DNA of 64,000 nucleotides from Schizosaccharomyces osmophilus (GCF_027921745.1 NC_079238.1:1922001-1986000), one strand, 5' to 3'; shown: positions 24,665 through 37,152, counted from the stretch's first letter. The notes: generated by a model from the letters alone, not told the origin. Numbers and translations are program-made.

Positions 24665-24944
24665 ATTTCTAATTGACCTATTTGTGAGTTTGAGTTGGTA
24701 AATGTGAACTCCCTGTGTGATTCACATATATATATGTTGCCGCTAAAACGTAAGAAAGTGCTAGAAGCTTTCGATAGGGAATTTTGCAATCTTTTGTTAA
24801 ACTGTTTAGCGAGTAAACTTTTTTGATGCGGAATATACCCACAACGAGTATAAACACGACCTTGAAATCCATGAAATTCGGCAGTGCTTTTCCATTTCAC
24901 TAAATGAATTTTTCTTCCTATGCAATGACTTCCATGATTGTATA

Positions 24945-24954
24945 TTGACGTCAA
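24945..24954. promoter_or_regulatory. Perfect palindromic CRE TTGACGTCAA upstream of mbf1
   Basis: Seen directly, about 280 nt upstream of the mbf1 ATG. Confidence 0.55.
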
Positions 24955-25733
24955 GCAGGTTTGCTTATTCACAAACACCTTACTCTGGTATGAGAAGGGC
25001 TGATTTGAAACGTATCAAAAACAACAATCTACACGAAGCTTGAGGTTTTTTGTATCATTTTAGTGCTTGGAATTGCTACCAAATTACCGGGAACCATTAC
25101 GGAACACCGAATTGCCGTTGTCTTACGCTTTTTACCATTCTTGTGGATTCTTCTTTTCTTGCGTGAAAGCGTGAAAAAGCCTCTTTGGTTTCATAGTAAC
25201 AATTTGTTGATTATTCCTTGAAATCCATTTCTAGGAGTTTCTGATCATTACTAGCCGAGGTTTCGTTGAATTGTTCGAAACGTGCTTTCTTTGCTCTTTG
25301 CCGTTTCTTCCTTTATCTGAATTGGCAAACTTTTGAATCCACCTTTGATTGCAAGAAATCCTGGTCTGCTTCTCCTTCCGTTCACGGTAAACATCCCATT
25401 CAATTTTTCCTTACCCACCTAAGCTGCGCTAAGCCAAATTGATTTGAAAGTCTTCGCCTTCCCACTTGTGCAGTTGCTTTTCAAACGTCGACGTTTGGTG
25501 TTCGTTCTTTAAAACCAGCTCAGTCACAATTTCAGGGAATCTTGTATTCTTACGGGTTGATATCTATTTCCTGAAGGGGTTTCCCTGTTGCTGTTGCTGT
25601 TGCTGTTGAGTTGATACTTTTATTTTTATTTTTTGAAAAACAAACGCTTTTCATTTCGTTTTCTCCCTCCATTCTTATTCCTGCTTCGCTTAAAGAGTAG
25701 TTTACTTTTCCTTCTCTACCAAAAGCTGAAAAT

Positions 25734-27425
25734 ATGTACAATTCCTACCAAGAAGAAAGGTTACCGGCTCTTTTGTCCGTCATCCGTGGTTTAAATCATA
25801 TCTTGGATGACAAAATGGATGAAGCTGTCAAAATTTTCAATAATGGTAATACCTCCTTTCATCTAAGCGGCCAGGCTGTTGTCTCTTTTATTCAAGCTGT
25901 TTTAACCTTTGAGCCTTCTCGGTTTGGGGAATCTCAAAATAAAATCGATATAGCCATTAAAGCTCTTACAGAAGACAAGGATTATGCTTCCAAAAACAAC
26001 CTTTATCTCTGTACATTTGATCCTGGAATCGAGTATCGTGTATCCATTGGTCTCATGCTCTTGTTGTCCGCCCTTATAGGGTTTTGCTCAGAGTCCATCG
26101 TAACAAGTGTAAAGTCAGTATACAAGCTTCGTAAAGCCCATGGTATATTTAACAAAATAAACAAGCGTCATTTTGAGTCCTTTACTAAGGCTTTTCAAAG
26201 CACAGATGACAAGGATATCGATACGGTGAATGAGTATGTACAGACGGGAACTCTTTTGTGTACGGGATTGTTTACACTTTTGATTTCTTTGCTTCCTCCA
26301 AAGATGATTACCATTTTGAGCTTGCTAGGTTACAAGGGAGACCGGGACATGGCTCTTAATTATATGTGGATGCCCGCACTCCAGAGACCTTCTGGATTCT
26401 TTGCCGCAGTAGCATTTGCAGCACTCATTCAATATTACAGTGGTGCTGTGCAATTGTGCAGTATTTATAGAGTTACACCGACCGAGCCTGATGGATGGCC
26501 CGTTCACCGTTGCTTTGATATTCTCTCCAAAATTAGAGAAACTCACCCTGAGGGCCCAATGTGGCCTTTGCATGAAGCAAAGTTGCTTTCCATGGTTAAG
26601 AAACAAACTGAAGCCATTCATGTTTTGAATGACCTTATGTCAAAGCCGCCGCCTAAACTTATGCAATTAGAAGTTTTAATTGTATTTGAGCACGCTCTGG
26701 ATTGTGCATTTTCTCATCGTTATAACGATGGTGCACGGAGTTTTATGAAATTATCTAGCTTAAATGATTCTAGTGCAGGGTTATACTCATACTTTGCTGC
26801 CGCATGCTTTTTGCAAGATGTGCAAGCCAATGCTAATGTCGAGGCTTTAGTGAGCGCATCTCAGCTACTTGAACCATTGGGTAAGCTTTTAACTGATAAG
26901 ACTGCTCCTTTGGATATTTATATACGACGAAAAGTGAAGAAACTCTCCGAACGAAGAGCTAGTGTTGGCAATGAAGGTGGATTGGCAGAATATGTCGGCT
27001 TTTCTCCTTTGTATGAACTCATTTACGTTTGGAACGGGTTTCGACGGATGAATGTGGAAGAACTGTCTCATTTTGATGTGGAACGAGTCCAGCCTTGGCA
27101 AGATGAAGGTGATGATGTTTGCCAAGCATTAGTTAAAGCTACTTTATGGAGAAATTTAGGAAAACTGAATGAAAGCAAGGTCCTTCTTCAAAAACTGTGT
27201 CAAGTTACAAAACCCACTGAAAGTTGGGCTATCGCTTTTGCTCACTATGAAATGGCAGTCGTCCTTTTCGAAATTGACTGTCTATCTAAAAACTCTTTGA
27301 AGGAATGTGATAATTTTTTGAAAGCTGCTCGTGATTTTGGAGGTGACAATGAATTTGAAAGTCGGCTAACTATTCGGGTTCAACTAGCAAGACATGTTGT
27401 ACGACAATGCCTTCAAGAAGCCTAA
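25734..27425 (+). CDS. Iml2/TTC39-family TPR protein
   Basis: 563 aa. GLFTLLISLLPP..ILSLLGYKGDRD, ELIYVWNGF, AHYEMAV and FESRL motifs of Iml2/TTC39. Confidence 0.85.
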   Translation: MYNSYQEERLPALLSVIRGLNHILDDKMDEAVKIFNNGNTSFHLSGQAVVSFIQAVLTFEPSRFGESQNKIDIAIKALTEDKDYASKNNLYLCTFDPGIEYRVSIGLMLLLSALIGFCSESIVTSVKSVYKLRKAHGIFNKINKRHFESFTKAFQSTDDKDIDTVNEYVQTGTLLCTGLFTLLISLLPPKMITILSLLGYKGDRDMALNYMWMPALQRPSGFFAAVAFAALIQYYSGAVQLCSIYRVTPTEPDGWPVHRCFDILSKIRETHPEGPMWPLHEAKLLSMVKKQTEAIHVLNDLMSKPPPKLMQLEVLIVFEHALDCAFSHRYNDGARSFMKLSSLNDSSAGLYSYFAAACFLQDVQANANVEALVSASQLLEPLGKLLTDKTAPLDIYIRRKVKKLSERRASVGNEGGLAEYVGFSPLYELIYVWNGFRRMNVEELSHFDVERVQPWQDEGDDVCQALVKATLWRNLGKLNESKVLLQKLCQVTKPTESWAIAFAHYEMAVVLFEIDCLSKNSLKECDNFLKAARDFGGDNEFESRLTIRVQLARHVVRQCLQEA

Positions 27426-27651
27426 TAATGAGGTTTGAATGTTTTCATGAGGTTAATTTATTGAAAAAGAAAAAAAAAGGTACCAGTTTTTTTGTTGTAT
27501 AGACTACCAGTTAGTAAATTTTACAAGTTTAAATAACATAAGAGTAGTAAAGCGGAAGCTTTTATGTATGCGTAGATATGAATAACAAAATTTTACTTTC
27601 CAAAAACCATAATATATTTTATTAAATCCGTTTCCTTCCAAAAACCCAATT

Positions 27652-29060
27652 TCACGATCTCTTTTGTTTTTTTGTCTTTCTGCCATCCTTTTTCTCTTCC
27701 TTGTCGTCCAACTGCTCCATATTGCGCCATATTTCTTCTTCTTCTTCTTCTTTCGCAGCGCGATTCTCTTCTTCCTTGATGACTTCTTCATCACGGTCGT
27801 TGAGAAGCAAAATGCTAGTAGGCATTACTTTAACGTACGCGTTAGCCAAATGATTTCGATGGACATCATAAACTCGAAGATGTCTGTCGAGACCAACGAT
27901 AGCGACGAGATCGCCAAGGTTATGAATGCAAGACGCAGAGCCTTTAACACCTTGAAAACGCCCCACAATTTTCTTATTTATTGGGTCGAACACAATGACT
28001 TGGGCGCGCTTATCAGAAAAATACAACATATTTACAGAAGGCAAAATACCAACACGGTTGAGTTCAGATGTAGAGATATCGGTACTATAGATCGGTCGTC
28101 GCGCCTGCTTAGTATAATAAAATCTCAACTTTTAGATAGTTAGTAAAAAGTTTCAGAAAGCTTCAATGAAAATATACCTGTCCGTAATGAGTGATAGTAG
28201 CAAAATGAAAAGCTGGTGCTGAATCGTCTTCACTTTTGCCATCAATGGCGTTGAAGAGTTCTTCCGTAAAAACAATACCTGTAACCCAAACACGAACCCG
28301 AAGATCTAAAGCATTGTTTTTTACATTCTTTCCTTGGAAAAGACGAACAATCTTGCTTTGATCCCATAACGTCGACAAGTCAATCGAGGAAGAGCAGCTA
28401 GGGTTGCACGAATATATAGAAACATCGTTTTCCTCTCCACCAATAGCAAGGACACCAGCAATTCGTGGATGCAAGGTAGCACAGGACAACGGTGAAGAAA
28501 CTTGGATCTTTTGTACTTCACCTAATTCCGGATTTCGGAACACGATTGTTCCACTACTCAAAGCGACCATAAGCCATCCATGAGCATATTGGAAGGAAAC
28601 AATAGATGCATTCTCTACAAGTTTTTCATCCAATTGCCATAGACTGACTAAGACTGGGGGCTCTTTTCTTAAATCCCAGCACTCAATAGCAGCATTTTTA
28701 CGAACGACGTAGACATACTATTTTGGTTAATATAGCTCCTGGAAATAATAAAGGAAATTTCTCAAAAGGACAAAATTATACATATTATGCTTTCCATAGC
28801 ACAATTTGTTTGATCCCTGAAAAATTACCAAAACAAAAGGTATGCAATACATTTTCGTTCTCACAGAAAAATAAAATTGCGTTCTGTTTATCTAGCTTTC
28901 CAAAGCGTTGAATCTTAGGAGCTTCAGAATCTGGATTTGAAGCGTCAATTCCCTTTTTTAATTCAATTACTAAAAATCATCAGTATCAGCTAAAAATCCA
29001 TAAAAAAGGAATCAAGTTACATTTTAATTGTCCTAATTCATCTCCACAAAGCAATTTCAT
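27652..29060 (-). CDS. wdr74: WD-repeat ribosome biogenesis factor Nsa1/Wdr74; introns 29020-28970, 28850-28718, 28177-28129
   Basis: MKLLCGDELGQLKLIEL.., AIGGEENDV, KNVKNNALDLRVRVW, GLDRHLRVYD; exon frames checked by hand. Confidence 0.88.
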
Positions 29061-29881
29061 GGTAATTTCCCCTTGTTAAACCAATTTCTCGAAAGAGGAA
29101 GATGTGTGCTGTGGGATTGCAGAACAACAAACCTCTTTTGCATAGATCACTGTGTCAGAAGGTCCAAAACTATGGAGAAAATGGAAATCAATAGCATTAA
29201 ATAGATAAATAAGATTGTAGTGATTTGGAATTGGTTATAGTTACGCTGGAGAATAAGCGTATTTAAAAAACTTTGCGCTTCAGCCTGTATATATCCGCAT
29301 AGAAAGTACCTTTCTCTCCGAAAAGAAAGAAAAATTTAAACAGAATGCTTTCAATAATTTGCTGCAGGCACCTGCGAAATCGATTTCACTAGTCAAGCAG
29401 GTTGAATGACATTGATGCTTCGATTATGCATCAGAAGGAGAATTCTACGACATATCCTTCTTTGCTCATGCAATTTGACTTTCTAAGCGAAAAGAGAACG
29501 CGATTCCGACTTGTGCCAAAGGAAAACTGTCGAAACCTGTTCGTTGAAAACCATACTACCAAATCCGCATTGAAACACTTTTATTTGCTCTAAGTAAAAC
29601 CAAGTTCACTGTTAATGATAGTTGTAAACATAGCAGTGAAAGTCCAATCCTTAAAGAGAACGTATAGCGAAACCAATTGGAGATTGCATATCATTGTTGC
29701 TGAAGCTTGTGAGAAATTATAGTCAAAACATCGAAAATTAAAAGATTGATTTAAAATAATTTAACACTTCAAGAAATACTGGAGCTCTCAAGTTTATGCC
29801 GGATTTCAGTCCTGTTCCAAAGATTTGTCCTTCACACGCAACTTGAAAACAACAAGTATTCTCGCGTTTTGATATCCCAAA

Positions 29882-31054
29882 ATGCTTTGGTTAGACCAGT
29901 ATCGCCCAAAAACGCTCTCATCTTTAGATTACCATAAACAATTATCCGAGCGGTTGATTTCTCTGGCAGCTACAAATGAATTCCCACATTTATTAATTTA
30001 CGGACCAAGCGGTGCAGGAAAAAAGACAAGGACAGTTGCTATTCTACGTGAATTATACGGCGCTGGTGCCGAAAAGGTGAGTTTCCCTTGACTTGTAGCA
30101 AAATCCGATATTGTGCTAATGCTTCAAATTAGTTAAAAATTGATCAGCGGACGTTTCTAACTCCAAGTAATCGTAAAATCCAAATAAATATTGTTTCAAG
30201 TTTGCATCACATAGAGATCACGCCTAGTGATGTTGGAAACTATGATCGAGTTGTCATGCAGGAGTTGTTGAAGGACATTGCCCAATCTGCGCAGGTTGAT
30301 GTACAGGCTAAAAAGAGATTTAAAGGTAATGATTTATTTTACAGAAGCTTTTATATGGGTAAGCTAACGCAAGACAGTGGTGATCATCAATGTAGCCGAT
30401 GAATTGACAAGAGATGCGCAAGCAGCTCTTCGTCGGACTATGGAAAAATACTCGAATAATATTCGGCTTATTCTTGTTGCTAACTCAACTTCTAAAATCA
30501 TTGAGCCCATTCGCTCTCGTACATTAATGGTCCGTGTTGCTGCACCTTCCGAATCGGACATTATGAAAGTCATGTCCCAAATTCTCGCTACCCAAGAATT
30601 AGAAGCACCGGCTTCTCTTCTCGAAAAGATAGCTAATAACTGCAGTCGCAATCTAAGAAAAGCTATTTTACTGTTAGAAACCATTCATGCAAAGTCACCT
30701 CATAATCGTCAGTTAACAGACAATGGATCTCAATTACCATTGCCGGATTGGCAAACGTTTATAATCCAAATGGGGACTTCCATGCTTCAAGAACAATCGC
30801 CCGCTCGAATCTTGGTAGTACGTTCCATGTTATATGATCTTCTCTCTCATTGTATTCCGCCAAGCATCATTTTCAAAGAACTCCTCGGTTTCTTTTTACT
30901 GAAAGTGGATGCTAAAATGCACCCGCTTCTCATCCAGTCAGTTGCGAACTATGAGCATCGGGCTCGAATGGGTAATAAATCCATCTTTCATTTGGAGGCG
31001 TTCATTGCATATTTTATGAAAACCTATACCATGTACGTGTTGAAGTTGTTGTAA
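29882..31054 (+). CDS. rfc5: Replication factor C subunit Rfc5; introns 30077-30132 and 30326-30377
   Basis: [48 protein letters not shown]. Confidence 0.95.
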
Positions 31055-31552
31055 GAAAGATAGAACGATTACTAATTTACAACAGGCTGCTTTTGGGAAT
31101 GGAGCTTCCTTCTCTATAGAGAGTTCCCTTTTTGCTATAGAAATATCTTACAGAAAACATCAATGTCAATTATTCTTTATGCTCAAAATACAAGAGGTGG
31201 TTTTTTGCTTCTACAAATTTAGTATCAAAAGATTAATGCATTTTCATCATATATATATAAAAAAAAGAAAAACATCATCTAATTTTTATACTTTTTTTCT
31301 GTTTTGTAAAAGCTATCTAAATGACAGAGCCTGCGATGGAACAAAACAGAACCAAGGTGAATCATAACATACTGAAGGGATATGAAAGGAAATCAAGTTG
31401 AAAGAGAATACCGAAATTGAATTGTTCAATTGAATATCCATAAGGAGCAATTACTTGATAAGAGGTGGATAAAAGATAGTTTGGGTATGAAGGCGGCAAT
31501 ATACCCAATGAGGGAATGAAAAAGGCCGCAACAACGAGTATCAAGGAAACGA

Positions 31553-32784
31553 TTAATCCTGATTGAAAAAAGAGCGAATACTGTCTGCTAAAAAGACCAT
31601 TACGACAGTTTGATACGCACCAAGGCCCATTCGTGGAACAACACCTCTGTACAAGCCTTTGATTCCATTGCTGTCGTAAACAGAACGGATCGTAGCAACG
31701 ATTCCTCTGGAGGAATTTTGAGTACCATTGGTTAAGCTCTGCATTTCTACACGAGCGACTTCAACGGGTTGATTCCAACAACTCAACGCACCACCTGCTA
31801 CGCTAGCAACAAATCGCTGTGCTGAGGTCAAAGGATCCGATTCTTTGCTTCCTGACAAGTACCGGATAGGTCGTTCGAAAAAGCGAGAAAGAGCAAAACG
31901 GCTACCCCAATTCGACATTTGACGAAGAGCAACGGCATTAACGCCTCGATTAATACCACGGATGCCCTTTTCCTTGTACAAATCGGTAAAGACGCGGAAA
32001 GTACTAGGGACACTAACCGCGGTGGCAGCTTGCTTGGCACGAGTGACTTCGGCGGTTTTCATGCAAGTACAAAGGCCCATGGTAGCATACGCTTGGGCAA
32101 TACCACCGCCCATACCAGCTAAAGCACCGGCTGCGGTGGAAGAGAATCCAGCACGACGTCCCCAGTACTCCAACTCAGCCGAAGTGAAAAGAAGCACGGC
32201 TCCCTTGGTAGAAGCCTCAATCCAAGCCCAGGGAATTAACCCTTGATAGAAACCGAGGATGCCGCCTCGCGAAAGAATCGACTTTAAGACTTGCTCCATG
32301 GTTTGGGTACGGTTGGCTGCCATTTGGACCTTTTTTTGTTAGTTAGGACGTTGTCGCAAGAAGGAAAAAAAAAGCACAAAAACGATCAGGAAAAAAAAGA
32401 AACCACGCTTTCCAAAAAGAATGCCTTTATATTTCAAACATAAAAAGGAAACCCCCGTGGTCAACAGCCCATCGCAGCCCATTAGGAAGCCTTCTGACTC
32501 CATTGCTTTTTCCTAACGCGTCTTGTCTATGCAACTTTCAAATGGAAAACTTACCTTGGTCACTTCCAACGGATGACCCAAAGAAGAGGTTCTTAAAAAT
32601 GGTTTAGTAAAAAAAGTCTCGATAAAATAACAAAGACATCAAGGAATCCTTTCAAAACCAAAAACAATTGAAATCATGAATCCTTCACCAATCAAATAAT
32701 ATCCAAAACATACTCAAACAAGTTTAGGCCTGCGCCCAAGAGCAAATTCGCAGCAGAAGTTTGTTTCTTTTGAATTTCACTCAT
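31553..32784 (-). CDS. yhm2: Mitochondrial citrate/oxoglutarate carrier Yhm2; introns 32713-32592 and 32554-32330
   Basis: [76 protein letters not shown]. Confidence 0.92.
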
Positions 32785-33388
32785 TTTTGCATAATGTTAA
32801 GAAACACGATTCTTATTAAAGGTCCCTGAATCGGTGCTGTTTCTAGCAAACCTCTCGCCTGAAAAATTGGCTTAAGTTTGGTTCTTTCCAAGTTTTACAG
32901 TAGTCTTTGTTTTATATACTTTATATATAGAATAAGACGAATTCATTTTAGGTTCTTTGATAAAGTTCCGATATTGATTGTGTTTTAATCAATATCGGTA
33001 CCATAGCTAATTGAAGCAAACAGATACGCACGGATGTAAACAAATAAATTTATCAGTTGATGGAACCGACTAGTGAATAATGACTCCAGAAGGAATTTTA
33101 AAAATAAATGATTGGTAAAAGAAAGAGGGAAGCTTAAACAAATGTAAACCAATTGAAATTGAACGGTTCTTTGTCAAAATTATAATCAGAAAATAAAAAA
33201 CCCTCTAAATCATCAAGAAACGACCGAGAAACTTCCACAATGAAATCAAGAATAAAATTCGGAATCTAAAACTTCTATTCCCTTGCTGCATCTCATCTTA
33301 ACAATGGTCCATGGATTCCTGCTAAATCTACTCTTTTACTCATTTTACAAAATAAAATGCTACATTCATACTTTACTTTATGTTTTCA

Positions 33389-33466
33389 CTTGATTTGATT
33401 TGATTTGTTCTAATTTTAATTAATTTTATTTTATTTTATTTATTTTACTTGACTTGACTTGACTTG
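33389..33466. repeat. Compound pentanucleotide repeat (TTGAT)n-(TTTTA)n-(CTTGA)n
   Basis: 5-nt periodicity read directly in the yhm2/pet2 intergenic region. Confidence 0.8.
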
Positions 33467-33884
33467 GTTGAGGTTTCTACTGAACAAAAAGTCATGGATT
33501 ATTAAAACTTGCAAATGACATAAATCGTGATTTCTCTTTTTTTTATTTAAAATGTTGGACGTAACATACACGGCTTTGGGAATGTCAAACTCTTCTTCCA
33601 TCGATGATTCACTGCTGGTAATCATTTTATTCATTGTTGGAAAGCGATTTGAAAAATTAGCTTAATGCACGAAAAAAAAAGAAAAACGAATCCATCATCT
33701 TTAAGCAAAGAAAGACACAGAAAAAGCAAAAACAAACAAACAAAGATGGAAATGGGAACATGATTCAAATAAATATTATAAAAAGAAAGCCAGAGCAGGT
33801 CGGAAGAGAAGCAAAAAGAAACGAACAAGAAAAACAACAAAGATCATTTTAACACTTTCTCTCATTCCATCTTTCTTTTAGCTT

Positions 33885-33902
33885 GTGTGTGTGTGTGTGT
33901 GT
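33885..33902. repeat. (GT)9 microsatellite
   Basis: Direct reading. Confidence 0.9.
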
Positions 33903-34198
33903 TTTTTTTTCCTTCCTCCTTTCTTGGTTCCCATTCATACTGTCTCATTCCAATGCGAAATTTCGTATGAAAGAAAAAGCCAAAAAAGAAAAATAGAAAA
34001 AAAAAGCACATCCAGTCAAAGACGAAAGACTCCTTCCATGCGGCCCTACTCTCTGCTTCCTTCTTTTTTTGGCACAAGGCACTCAATAGACCTTCTTCGA
34101 CAATCTTTTAATCTATACTACATAGATACATCCCCCCGATTCAATTGGTCAGAGTAGATGACATTTATGCTTGTTCTTCGTACCAGAATATGCAAGCA

Positions 34199-35619
34199 TT
34201 AAATCCTTAAAGCAGGCAATGCTTCTGCAGTCCAAGGACGCTCTGGACGAGGAGCTTTGAATACACCGGGTGGCGGCGTATAGCTCGGCAGCTTGGCTGG
34301 ATACGACGAGTCATCTTCAAGAGAAGAGTTTTCGGAACGATTTGGTTCCATAGAGAGACTACGGAAAGGAGAATGAAGGGGGGCTGAAGTAGGCTCCTTG
34401 GCTGATAGAGAGGTGGGAGTTATAGGAGAATTGGAAATAAGAGGGACAACGCTGTCGAGACGGGGAAACCTGTGCGATAAATTTTTTTCTGATAAAGGCG
34501 AACTCGTTCCACTAAACACCTCAGAGGAAACTCTGCTCGATGGTTGAGATTCCAAGCCAAGCGCCTTTTCTTCAAAGAGTTTGACCTTTTTCGTATCTAA
34601 GGGCGACAACTTTTTGCTGCGATCATACAAATACAGACCAACAGCCGTCAATGCAATTCCCATGGCTTGGGTTAAACTCGTGGGTTGTCGAAACCACAAA
34701 ATGGAAACGACAATAACAAAGATACGCTTGATCAAACTGGCAATCGAATAGGCAACGGGTGAAATGATGCTCAGTAGCGTAAAAGCAAGAATGTTTTGGA
34801 AAAAGTGGGACAAACCATTATGGAAAACGTTGAAAAAGACCGGCGATCCTATGACTGGAAGGTATTCGAATCCTTCTTGATGAAGCCAAACTGGAATCAT
34901 CACAAGAAATGCCATACCGGAAGAGTAAAGCAAAAGATTTAATTTGTTATAATGGCTCTTCTTAGAAGCATTGCCATGCTTTTTGGCTTCTGTAAAGATT
35001 TTCTTACCGAAAATATTTTGAGAAACAAAAATAAATGTAGAAATTAATGCGTAAAACAATCCGCATAAATCCGCGGAAAGTTCAAAGGAACAAGCCAGAG
35101 TCACACCTAGAGTAAGCGGGACAAGAGAAAAGTAGGCTGTTGAGGAATATGAATGCTGAAAAAGAAATCGGTATGCCAAAACTGTGAAAAGAGGGGAAAG
35201 TGCCTTGACGGTGTGTACCGTGGATACAGGGATTCTGGTTGTTGCTAAACTACCAAACACATGTCCTCCAATCTGAAAAACGCTCAATGGTAGCGTTGTC
35301 GAAAGCACTAATTTTGAGGGCCTTTGGATTCCAGAGCCATTTCCAAAAAACCGCCGAATGAGCAGACAAACGGCGCTAAAAAAAGCAACGAAGCCGAATT
35401 GCAGAAAAGTTAGAGTGACGGGACAAGAAACATCGTTGAAAATGCTCTTAGAACTTGTATTTCTACCCCATGTTAGTAACAACTCTTTTCTCCTTCAAAC
35501 AATCAGTCGTCTTCCAACACATACGTTACCGCACTACATAGGTACCATAGAAGACAGAGGAATATGAATCCAATCTTTTCATGGAACAAGACCTGTTCAA
35601 TTTTCTCAGGTACAGACAT
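34199..35619 (-). CDS. pet2: Triose-phosphate translocator family transporter (Sly41-like, Pet2); intron 35524-35463
   Basis: Exon 1 ..IFLCLLWYLCSAVT joins NTSSKSIF; HTVKALSPLFTV and SPVAYSIASLIKRIFVI motifs. Confidence 0.85.
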
Positions 35620-36585
35620 AGATCCATATACTTCTAAACGGTATGAGGATTAAGGGGGGTTTTCAGAAGCAAAAGAGCTCTTTAAACTATTTCTGACTTT
35701 CTGAATGGAAAGAAAAAACTCCTCTGCAAAGATATTATTAGGTTTTGCTGCAATGAACAATCTTGGCTTTTGGATCGTCGCAAGTGGCTGATGTCAACAA
35801 ATAGTGAGACACGCAGTGACACTCAAAAAGTCCAGTCAAGAAGTTGTAACAATAATAAATAGAAAAACGAAAAACAAAAAACAAATAGTCGCAAGGGATC
35901 AATACAGACGTGAAAGGCTGGCTACCACACACCTTGGTTGCAAAATATTTTTATTGCTGAAACTTCTTACTGCAACCGTTACTTATGGTTTTATCAATTC
36001 GTCGCTTGCCAGTTGCATATAATAAATGATCATTGTGATTTTATAACCATGTCATGAACGAGTCATCATAAATATACAAACAAATGTTTGTGAGAGATTA
36101 TATTTTGACATCACGCATGTCTTCACTTCTATCAAATTTTTTGAGCCAGTTAGTTTCCAATAGTTATAACAGAAACGCAGAAAGACAAGATTTGCAAAAG
36201 CAAGCGTGAATGTCCTGCCGCAAGGAACTTTCAGAGTTCGTAGCCATGCAACATTCGATGCATGCATGCTTTTTTTATTTTTCTAAAAAAAAGGGGATGC
36301 GCTTTCTCTTTCATACATATCTACATGTACAGTAGACACATACATCAATCAAGTAAGTAATCAATGGTATAAAATGAACCCGTCCAAGCGATTGGGCCAT
36401 AAACAGAACTCTTGTTAAAAAAAAATAAAAGAAAAATTAAAAATTAATCATTGATGAGTTTCGTAAACCATTGATGAGTTTTGTAAGCTGGTACGAGCGA
36501 TTGTACGCTGAGAGAAGATGATTCGCCTAAAAGAATTCTCTGGGGAATTCAAAAATAAAAGAAGCCCGTTTGCTTACATCTACAT

Positions 36586-37152
36586 CTATGTAGTCTTTTT
36601 TGTCACTCCTGCCTCTTGTTCTTGCTGAGCAACCTCCAAGGATCGAGCTTGCTGGCTCATTTTGGGAAGAATGAAAACCAAGCCGACAGACGCTAAGGAC
36701 AACAGCATCATTGGACTCTTTAAAAGACGAAATAGAGAGAATTTTCTCGGTCCTTGTAAGTATTCATGCTTTTGCACGGCGCGAGCAGTAATGGGATGTG
36801 ATGCACTGTTCAGGGCGGTTGTCAAAGATCTCTCTTCTCCGGCTGTCGTGTAATAAGCATGCACCTGAGATTCGTTTACGATGATATGGAACTGTGCAAA
36901 ATCATATTCGACGCTTTCAAAACGCAAGTGGTATGTTCCACTCTCTATATTTGCAAAGCTGAATTGACCATTCCGTTGAACTGGTGAGTCCTTGATCGAG
37001 GTTTTCGAGCTTAGTTTTGCACGCGTATCGTATGGCAGATCTTTCCATCTTTTCATTACCATATTAGGAACGATTTTTCCCTCTACTGTTGCTTGCATCG
37101 ACATTTGAACAAAGCAAACGAAGCATAACCCCAAAATAAAAAACAGTCTCAT
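36586..37152 (-). CDS. emc7: ER membrane complex subunit Emc7-like (signal peptide, beta-sandwich, C-terminal TM)
   Basis: Signal peptide, NGQFSFANIESGTYHL and LLKSPMMLL..FILPKM; synteny. Confidence 0.78.
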   Translation of the reverse strand: MRLFFILGLCFVCFVQMSMQATVEGKIVPNMVMKRWKDLPYDTRAKLSSKTSIKDSPVQRNGQFSFANIESGTYHLRFESVEYDFAQFHIIVNESQVHAYYTTAGEERSLTTALNSASHPITARAVQKHEYLQGPRKFSLFRLLKSPMMLLSLASVGLVFILPKMSQQARSLEVAQQEQEAGVTKKTT

